Source: Anthoceros angustus (Eukaryota > Plantae > Anthocerotophyta). Taken from it: a DNA stretch of 64,000 nt. Position 1 is the stretch's first letter. Every line of letters starts with the position of its first letter. Under the pieces are notes generated by a model, which was not told the origin of the DNA, did not search any database, and worked only from the letters and a program-made list of their open reading frames with translations. Both the position numbers and the translations under genes were made by a program. The stretch covers positions 806,001-870,000 of the forward strand of contig VJWM01000025.1 in assembly GCA_010909165.1 (NCBI GenBank), written 5' to 3'. Below are positions 11,352-19,818 of this stretch, piece by piece.

Positions 11352-12419
11352 TCATTTCAACCAAAGGGAATCAAAATAGGTATCTTGAGCCACCTCCCCT
11401 ACCGTGTTATAATTCAATATTCCCCATCTAAAAGCGTCTAATTGTTCTATGTCTTGGGGGGAAAAGGCAGAATGTTCTACGTCATGCTGAACCATTTCAT
11501 GAACTATTTTTGCCAAATAGTTAACCCACAATATGTTGGTTTTTGGAAAGTGATCATTCCATTTGGTACCTACTATGCTCTGCATGGAAGCCCACAACTG
11601 CACAAGAGCATTGTTGGAATATTCTTGATCAAATCTCATTGTACTCAAATCCTTGAATAAAACGTGTGCACCCATTTGAAGTCGAGACATTTCAAAGTCA
11701 ATTATTCTGACCTTTATCCCATATGTTTTGACCCAACATTCATGGTTATTTATTCGATATCTTGCACTGCTTTTCTTATTTTCTATACGAGATACAAGAA
11801 TATTGTACTCATGTAAATCTCGATGTTCAAAAGAGTATGCTGCTTCTGCCACCTCTAATGCTAAAATCACTTGCAATAATGTACTTCTTAATTCTGACAA
11901 GTTTCCAAATTTGAAGTCCCCTAGAGGTACCCCACCATCTTCTTGCATTGCTATCTTGAATTTTTGATCAGGTGGATAATGCAGAGGATAAATTGAATCA
12001 ATAACACCTGGCCATGATCTCTTAGCAATAGAGAGTTCAGCAGAATATGGTCCCGTCCATTGTATTTCCCATTTGTTTATCATAAAGTTCATACAGAAGT
12101 ACGAGTTCCTAGGGTCTTGCAATTTTGCTAAAATCTTTGCGATCATAAACTCATTTTGAGTTTCACTTGTAGTTCTTATGGGAATTACCTTAAGTATATG
12201 CTTTTCCAATCTAAATATTTCGCCACATGCACCTTCACCTATCTTTTGTACGTTTATCATATCTACGCCCATACGGTTGATAGTGTGAGTCATAGTAATA
12301 GCCATGGACTCAACCCGTTTTCCAAGTTCTGAAAGTTCTAAGGAGTTTCGTGTTTCCACGTCTGTGAAGTGACGCCTCCAAAAATTTTCACTGAAGGAAG
12401 ATTGAAAACCAAGGATCAC
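11352..12419 (-). CDS. Intronless Haspin-like Ser/Thr kinase (open reading frame)
   Basis: KIGEGACGEIF Gly-loop, ILKVIP, FEHRDLHEYNIL catalytic loop, GIKVRIIDFEMSR and FPKTNILWVNYL, in the order and spacing typical of haspin. The likely start is the Met of MAITMT (~12307), by comparison with the second copy. Confidence 0.85.
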   Translation of the reverse strand: MILGFQSSFSENFWRRHFTDVETRNSLELSELGKRVESMAITMTHTINRMGVDMINVQKIGEGACGEIFRLEKHILKVIPIRTTSETQNEFMIAKILAKLQDPRNSYFCMNFMINKWEIQWTGPYSAELSIAKRSWPGVIDSIYPLHYPPDQKFKIAMQEDGGVPLGDFKFGNLSELRSTLLQVILALEVAEAAYSFEHRDLHEYNILVSRIENKKSSARYRINNHECWVKTYGIKVRIIDFEMSRLQMGAHVLFKDLSTMRFDQEYSNNALVQLWASMQSIVGTKWNDHFPKTNILWVNYLAKIVHEMVQHDVEHSAFSPQDIEQLDAFRWGILNYNTVGEVAQDTYFDSLWLK

Positions 12420-13034
12420 TTATATGGAAATGATGATAATTTGTAGAATTTTCTTAAAATTTTTATAGCAGAGGTCATATATATGTTAATCTTTAAAGGA
12501 TAGAAGTTTCTTGAATGTTGATGAAAAGTGGTAAATGTTATTGAGTTAAGGATCCCAGTATACGTTTTGTATAATTATCACTTCTTTCATTAGTTTGTCA
12601 CATTGCAACATCAACATATATGTTATAGTTCATAGGCGCAGTCGGTAACTTCTGGTAGGGAGCTTTGTTGCTCCTTTTCACCTTGACCCTCAGGGTCCCC
12701 CTTGGTTGTCCTCTACTGGATGGGCTTCTCCCATCAATTTTTTCCCCTCAATAAAATTTTACTTCCCTGTTATAGTTAACTACATATATGTTGTCTTGTT
12801 AAATTACCTTGAGCTATCAAAAGAATATCAATAATGTACATTAGTCTATATAAGAATGACTTATATACATACCCGCTAAACTATATAATCCTCCTAGCTC
12901 TAGAGCCCTTATATAGAGAATAGACAATCCTTTTAAGGAAACCTTCCTATCATAGTACCACACACTAATTCTATTAATCTCTATATAGTATCATGAATCA
13001 AATATGTTTGTCAGGAAAAAATGTTTTAACCAAG

Positions 13035-13265
13035 GTGATGATTATAGTAACAACCAAATATGGTATTCCAACGTGATGATTGTAGTAACAACCAAATATG
13101 GTATTCCAACGTGATGATTGTAGTAACAACCAAATATGCTATTCCAACGAGATGATTGTAGTAACAACCAAATATGATATTCTAACGTGATGATTGTAGT
13201 AACCACCAAATCTTTGGCGTTGGAGTCCGTAGTAACAACCAAATCTTTGGCGTTGGAGTCCGTAG
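13035..13265. repeat. Minisatellite: 4 x 38 bp followed by 2 x 33 bp
   Basis: (A/G)TAGTAAC unit starts at 13044, 13082, 13120, 13158, 13196, 13229, with a partial unit at 13262. Confidence 0.9.
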
Positions 13266-13835
13266 GCCTTTCTCCATACTTCCAAACTACCATGAGATGT
13301 TCCCGGTGTTGTTTGTTTGCGATCCTTTGCACCAATCTTCATCGTCCTACTCTTCTTTTTGCCCGCCATGATGTTGGCGCCTCCCCACACTGCACGAGAT
13401 TGTTGTGCGCCTCAAGAAATCCCTTGCTGAAGGTTGTCCACACCCCTCCTTCTCGTATCCGTGTTCGTTTTTGTTGCTTCTAACTTGAAACCCCGGACAT
13501 GTTTCAATTTTAAGGCACTGCACTTTTTGGTTACCTTGCACAATTTCCTTCTCACATAAACATGATAATATTTGAAGCGGCGGAATATACACAGCCTCTT
13601 CCGATATAATTGGAGCCGCTTCCAAAAAATTGCACAGTAACTAAATCACGATTTTAGCCAATTTTTGATATGAGGCAGGGGGTACTGATTTCAAGATTGA
13701 GAATCTTCATGTGTTTTCTGGTAGAAGGCCTGGGAATACTGGTGTGTGAGCGCCGGTATGTCGGCGCTCAGCCCTTGGCTTTTACTATGTCAGCGCTCTA
13801 AATTAACCTCAACTTAACTAGTATAAAAACTACAA

Positions 13836-13896
13836 CTTCGATCTCGAACTCGCGACTTATGATTCTTAGCCGGATTTTTTACCACTTTACCAACTC
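13836..13896 (-). other. Degenerate tRNA-derived (SINE-like) Pol III box pair
   Basis: A-box-like TGGTAAAGTGG and B-box-like GAGTTCGAGATC on the minus strand; no complete cloverleaf. A weaker B-box-like copy lies near 14550. Confidence 0.3.
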
Positions 13897-14047
13897 TAGG
13901 AGACAAAAGAACTTTAAGATGCGCAAATAATATATACCAATGAAGGCGCCAATATGCTAGCACCTTATGCTCTTATGTTCCCTCCATAGGGCGCCGGCAT
14001 GCCGCCGTCCTTAGATAGGTTTTTTGTGAGCGCCGGTGTGCCTGCGT

Positions 14048-14386
14048 CTACATTAACACTAGGGCTATACAACCATTTATCGTCCACCCATGCACATTAC
14101 GACTTACATACATTAGGCCATGTGTCGCTTGCTTGCGCAAGAGAATGAGAAAGAACACACCACCTTTCACACTTCCGATCATGACGCAACCTTGGTCGCT
14201 CACAAAGATAGTGTCCAACACACAAAATACATGTTCAATTGCTATGACTTCCGTAGAAAGATAGTCGCGGCTTGCACTGAGCTCGACAATAGGGAAGAAA
14301 CTTGGGCATGTCATGCCTCTCTTTACCGTTCCGATTCCCATACAATTTGAGATCATGAATATTAGGGCATGGGTAATTTCAAACAA
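14048..14386 (-). pseudogene. Possible fragment of a translational GTPase (GTPBP/EF-Tu domain II-like)
   Basis: FPIVELSA...FCVLDTIFVSDQGCVMIGSVKGG loosely resembles PIFxISxVTG...FxIDxxFxVxGxGxVxxGxVxxG. Similarity is weak and judged by eye. Confidence 0.25.
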
Positions 14387-15156
14387 TGTGCTTAGAAAAC
14401 CATTGAAATTTGAAAATAATTCTCATGATTTTGAATTCAAGACTACGAATTATTAGAATAAGGGGATTTTAAACTGAACCAATTATCCATCACTTTTATA
14501 ACACAAACTATGCTAGCCAAAATACTATGCTAGCCAAAACAAAGAAGCATGACTCGAACTTGTAACCTCAAATTTTTTTTCTCTCATTTGAAACCATATT
14601 ACCTATTCCGTAAACAGGGAAAAATTTACATTTAAAAGGCGTATGTCGGCGCCAATAGAGGTTCAAACCTAAGACCTCTTGCTTGTAGACCGCATGTCTG
14701 ACCGCTTCATTAACTTCCCTATCTGTTGAACTATTGAAGCACAAAGTACATGTTGAAATGCTGGCGCCCTCATGCCCTTATGCTCCTTTTTTTTTATAGC
14801 CTATTCGGAGAAGCAATCACATTTCAGGTGGTTTTCTAGCCATTAGCCTAGGGTGTCGGTTCAGGTAATTTCTCAGCAGAAGGAGGGTGTCTGTACGACG
14901 TCCAGCAATCATTGCCAAAGATCATGAATCTTGGGCGTTGGCATGGCACGTAGCCTTTGGGCATGACTTGGACGCTGGCATGTCGGCGCCCAGGTGTGTC
15001 ATTTACGCCGTGTGTAGGGTCTTCACACCCTCGGCTGTTGTGCACAACGATGTCGACCATGTCTGGATTGGGTGTATAGCACGAATATAGAAATAGCCGA
15101 ATGCATTCCCTTCTATGCTGCTGCAGAGATGGTCGCCCATGTTCATTTACTATTGT

Positions 15157-15640
15157 TTAACAAATCACATACACTACCGACATGAGCATCATGTCGTTAT
15201 GTTTGAGTATGGTGTCGGCCATTGATATAATCTGAAGTAATGGCTGGAACGGCTGGGCTAAGCAATCACCATTCAAATCCGCGACCACAATCTTCTTCCT
15301 TAGATAAGCCTCCTTTTCACAAAACTCTTCTATATGTGTGAAAAATTGTGCCTCAGCCACTCCTATCACCTCCACTGAATCGAATAGTTCTGATCCAACT
15401 TTGTGTCTTAAACTTTTCAACTTATTAACTATGTGAAAAGTGGATTGCTCTCCAGCGTGTGTCATTAAAGTAGTCATTGAGCATTAGTCATCTTTGTTCG
15501 ATTTCACCAAGAGTACTGATTTTCCATTCTCTTTTCTTTTTTGGTATTCTCTTTAGTAATTCACGAGTCTTCCCACTAAACATGGGTGTAAGAATGATAT
15601 GAATTTTTCCACACAATCCATCATCATTTCCTGCACTCAT
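15157..15640 (-). pseudogene. Thymidine kinase (TK1/type II) remnant, intronless
   Basis: MSAGNDDGLCGKIHIILTPMFSGKTRELLKR (P-loop, cf. GPMFSGK), a frameshift near 15535, then LMTHAG, VIGVAEAQFF (cf. IDEAQFF) and KIVVADLNGDCLAQPFQPLLQIISMAD (cf. VAGLDGDF..PF..L.LIP.AD). Confidence 0.8.
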
Positions 15641-17108
15641 GCCTTGCTCAAGCTATTACTGATGTTAGTTCATCATAGCAAAGCAAATTCTTTTGATAGT
15701 GAAAACGACGTTATTCGCTGATTTAGCTATGTTCTAAAAACACTCCCGTGACTTGTTTTATTACAAACATCGCACAAACGCGCTGGAATGCAAAATAATT
15801 CACATGATTCAATTACTTAGTTCACGCTTTAGTTTTATGTTCAATTTACAAAACTAGGAGATCGATGGGTTGCAAGATATGAACACACAAAGCTCCAAGC
15901 GTGCGAACTATCAAAAGAATGTCTAGCTCAGCACACAAGGCAATTGTATAGCATGTTCTCACCTACTTCTAAACGTCCACGTTAGCCCTTAAGCTCTATG
16001 TGAATCGTCCTCAATGTTAAGCTCCTAAACAACTTCTCGTTGGAAAACTATTCTTCTTCCAAAACTTTAGGCTCATGCACCAATTGTCTGGTCCCACTGC
16101 ACAGAGCTGTACCTTTTATGTACACCTTTCACACTTAGCATTAATCTTGCGTCTTAATCACTCTCCTAACAAGATTAGCCACCTTTCATAAAGCCTTTCA
16201 ATCTGTCAGGCTTATTCTGATAAAATTAAACATGGCTTGTCAATGACTCCTCTAGTCATGACAAGTAACAATGCAATTTATTAAGTGTACAATCTTGTTC
16301 AAGTTAGGTATTAAGGCTGTTGGTCTCAATTTCAATAAATCTGGTTGTTACTATAATCATCACATTGATTGAAATATATTTCAAGGAATAACCCAAAGAT
16401 CTACAAAATCGCATCTTGATCAGACTTATCTACTATCTACGATGCAGATGGCGCAACGAAGGACTTGTTGGCGGCAGTGGCAGGCCATCTAGAAAGGCTC
16501 ACCTATGCTATTCTCTTTGGGTGAGCAGAAAGACTTGTTGGCGGCAATGGCCGCCCATCTATAAAGGCTCACCTTTGCTTTTTTCTTTGGGTGAGTATAA
16601 GCTCAAGTAATTTAACAAGACAACATGTATATAATTAACTATAATAGGGAAGTAAAATTTTATTAAGGAAAAAAAATTAATGGGAGAAGTCCATCCATCA
16701 GAGGACAACCAAGGGGGACCCTAAGGGTCAAGGTGAAAAGGAGCAACAAAGCTCCCTACCAGAACTTAGCGACTGCGCCTACGAGCCTATAACATATATA
16801 TTGATGTTGCGGTGTGACAAAATAATGAAAGAAGTGATGACTATACAAAATGTACACTGGGATCCTTAACTCAATAACATTTATCACTTTTCATCAACAT
16901 TCAAGAAACTTCTACCCTTTATTAACACTATATATGACCCTCTACTATAAAATTTTAAAAAAAGTTGCTACAGAATATCATCATTTCCATACAAGTGATC
17001 CTTGGTTTTCAATCTTCCTTCATTGAAAATTTTTGAAGGTGTCACTTCACGGACATAGAAACAGGAAACTCCTTAGAACTTCCAGAACTTGGAAAACGGA
17101 TTGAGTCC

Positions 17109-17843
17109 ATGGCTATTACTATGACTCACACTATCAACCGTATGGGTGTAGATACGAAAAAACGTACAAAAGATGGTGAAGGTGCATGTGGCGAAATATT
17201 TAGACTGGAAAAGCATATAATTAAGGTAATGCCCATAAGAACTACAAGTGAAACTCAAAATGAGTTTATGATCGCAAAGATTTTAGCAAAACTGCAAGAC
17301 CCTAGTAATTCGTATTTCTATATGAACTTTATGATAAAAAAATGGGAAATACAATGGATGGGACCGTATTCTACTGAACTCTCTAATGCTAAGAGATCAT
17401 GGCCATGTGTTATTGATTCAATTTATCCTTTACATTATCCATATGATCAGAAATTCAAGACAGCAATGCAAGAAGATGATGGGGTATCTCTGGGAGACTT
17501 CAAATTTAAAAACTTGTCAGAATTAACAAGTACATTATTGCAAGTGATTTTAGCATTAGAGGTGGCAGAAGCAGCGTACTCTTTTGAACATCGAGATTTA
17601 CATGAGCACAATATTCTTGTATCTCGTATAGAAAATAAGAAAAGCAGTGCAAGATATTGAATAAATAACCATGAATGTTGGTCAAAACATATGGGATAAA
17701 GGTCAGAATGATCGACTTTGAAATGTCTCGACTTCTAATGGGTGCACACATTTTATTCAAGGATTGGAGTACAATGAGATTTGATCAAGAATATTCCAAC
17801 AATGCTCTTGTGACATTATGGGCTTACATGCAGAGCATAGTGT
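17109..17843 (+). pseudogene. Second Haspin-like kinase copy, disrupted and 3'-truncated
   Basis: Near-identical peptide to 11352-12419; a CGA>TGA stop at 17658, a 1-nt deletion, compensating frameshifts in the Gly-loop region; homology ends after MQSIV (~17843). Confidence 0.85.
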
Positions 17844-18262
17844 GTTCCAACGGTAGGGAGTCATCTACCATGGTACGTAAGTTACCTACCACTATAGGTA
17901 ACTTATATATAACTCCCTGTGGTGGATGTATGCCTCGTGTATAATCAACCCCCAATCTGTGGCCCTTTGCCTTAAGCTTGATCAAGTCATCCACATTCTT
18001 TTTATTGAGCTTGATCAAGTCATCAAGACTTAGATGATCACAACGTTGTCTTAGGTCCTCGAGCAACTCATAATTATTGCTTGGTCGCGAGGAATTCATT
18101 ATTGCTTGGATGTTTGTGCTCTATAATGTATTTAAAATTGGTCAATATGGATTATTTTTGTGAAAATATATTCAACCGTGGTGGTTGCTCTCAATATCCT
18201 AGGCAAATCAATTGTTAGGAGTTCTCGAGGTGGAACCGCTGCAAGGATGAGCAATTTTACCG

Positions 18263-18425
18263 ACCACTTATTGTTTGATAGATGTTCAATTTTACCACCA
18301 CTTATTGTTTGATAGATGTTCAATTTTACCGACCACTTATTGTTTGATAGATGTTCAATTTTATAGACCACTTATTGTTTGATAGATGTTCAATTTTATA
18401 GACCACTTATTGTTTGATAGATGTT
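18263..18425. repeat. Minisatellite, ~5 x 35 bp (ACCACTTATTGTTTGATAGATGTTCAATTTT...)
   Basis: Unit starts at 18263, 18297, 18332, 18367, 18402. Confidence 0.9.
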
Positions 18426-18630
18426 TCTGACCTCTGTCGTTGCGATGTCTTCCACAGGAAGTGTAAGAACGTGTTGCTGAAGTAGGAGGTGTGTTGATAA
18501 TTCACTAAACTCAAAACAATCCTTGCGAATAACCTCCACTTGAGCTCCACCACTTAGTCCGTTATCTAGCCGTTTTTGGTCTTGACATTTGCTCCCCCTG
18601 CATTAGTGGCAGAGCCTCCTTAGGTTAGTT

Positions 18631-18748
18631 CATGGCGGAAAGCTGTTTTCCACCGTTAGTTCCTTCCATGAGGATGATTCCGTCATTCATGGCGGAAAAC
18701 TATTTTCCACCGTTAGTTCCTTCCATGAGGATGATTCCGTCATTCACC
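18631..18748. repeat. 2 x 57 bp in-frame tandem duplication
   Basis: CATGGCGGAAA..TTTTCCACCGTTAGTTCCTTCCATGAGGATGATTCCGTCATT occurs twice. Confidence 0.9.
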
Positions 18749-18951
18749 ATCCAGCACCTCGGATCCGTCCTAGCATTCCTTTCGGACAAAGCTACCAACT
18801 TCTCCTTTGTCTGGTATAAATTTACATCATTCCTCGATTAAAATAGTCCACATTGGAGTATGCCCAATGTCTCTCATACACCCATTCCAGCTGGATATTC
18901 TCCTCCACTACCCAAGGCCTAAAATATGCGAGATCCTTACAACCATCGTCC

Positions 18952-19008
18952 TTCGACAACTTGTAAGTGCAGCTCCCTGCCCTTCTGTAAGGCACTAGAA
19001 CTTGCGCA
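18952..19008 (-). other. Isolated 57-bp PPR L-motif fragment
   Basis: Encodes CASSSALQKGRELHLQVVE, closely matching CASTGALQKGRQLHLQIVE of the KP-type genes downstream; the flanks are unrelated to PPR. Confidence 0.75.
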
Positions 19009-19818
19009 GACAAGAGTGGTGCTCTTGAAGGATTGGAGTGAGAAAATGGCGGCGCGCCAAGGGAGCTAGGTGCGTGAAAAAGCAAGGAGCTCAGGGCGAA
19101 GCCCTGAAGGAAAGCAGCAATGCCAAGGGCGGCAGCGTCAGGGGATGACGAGCAGCAGAGGGCGGCCGCATAGAGAGGAATTCGGCAGTGCCACAAGGAG
19201 GAAAGGGCGCGAAGCTTGGAAGGCGGCAGGCACAGAGGCCGGCGCCGTGGTGAGAGGTGCAAGGCAAGGTGGGGGGCGAGCTGCCTCACTTGGGGCTGCA
19301 AGCTCGAAGGCAAGCTCAGGGCTTAAGGAGCGAGCGGAGAGGGGTGTGACCTTGTGGGCGACCCAGTAAGTGGAAGAAGATAGCAAGGCCAGCTAAGGTG
19401 GCCTAGGGTGTTAGGAATTTTTAGGGACCTAGAGGGAATCGCCTAGTCTAAGGAGGCATGCTCATTAGCCAGCTAGAGCAACAATTTCAAGAGCTAAGGC
19501 CCGAGCTTGTGTAAAGAAGAATAAGAGGGATCATGAGGCCACAATTTGTAGGCGAAGGAGCTCAAGCATAAGCTCAAGGTTGTGGGAGTTGTGACAATTT
19601 ATGGAGACAAGCAAAAAATGAAGAGATTGTGCGGCTCACCTTGGAGCTAGAAGGGGCGGCAATAGAGAGAGATGCCGTACTAATGTAGGTGACCGATTCA
19701 GCTGAGTGGGAACAAAGCGTGACCCCACTAAAGACAAAGATCATAGACACACAGAAGAAGGAGAATGGTAGGGTGGCAACCTACTACAACAACCTCCTAG
19801 AGACTATTGAAGAACGAT

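Larger units (their letters stand above)
11580..17843. repeat. Large inverted repeat: arms ~11580-13056 and ~16342-17843, ~3.3 kb spacer
   Basis: 12640-12815 is the near reverse complement of 16600-16790; the kinase coding parts match across arms; exact 22-mer GTGATGATTATAGTAACAACCA at 13035-13056 with its reverse complement at 16342-16363. The inner ~200 bp between these matches is not homologous. Confidence 0.9.

Noticed and set aside
13035-13265. CRISPR-like array, or FNIP-type coding repeat (FGCYYNH)
   Set aside because: The units are contiguous with no unique spacers, there are no cas genes, and the context is eukaryotic. The 38-bp period breaks frame and does not match the 22-aa FNIP unit.
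13836-13896. Functional tRNA gene
   Set aside because: A and B boxes are present but there is no acceptor stem or proper anticodon arm.
18263-18425. CRISPR-like array
   Set aside because: Spacerless tandem repeat.
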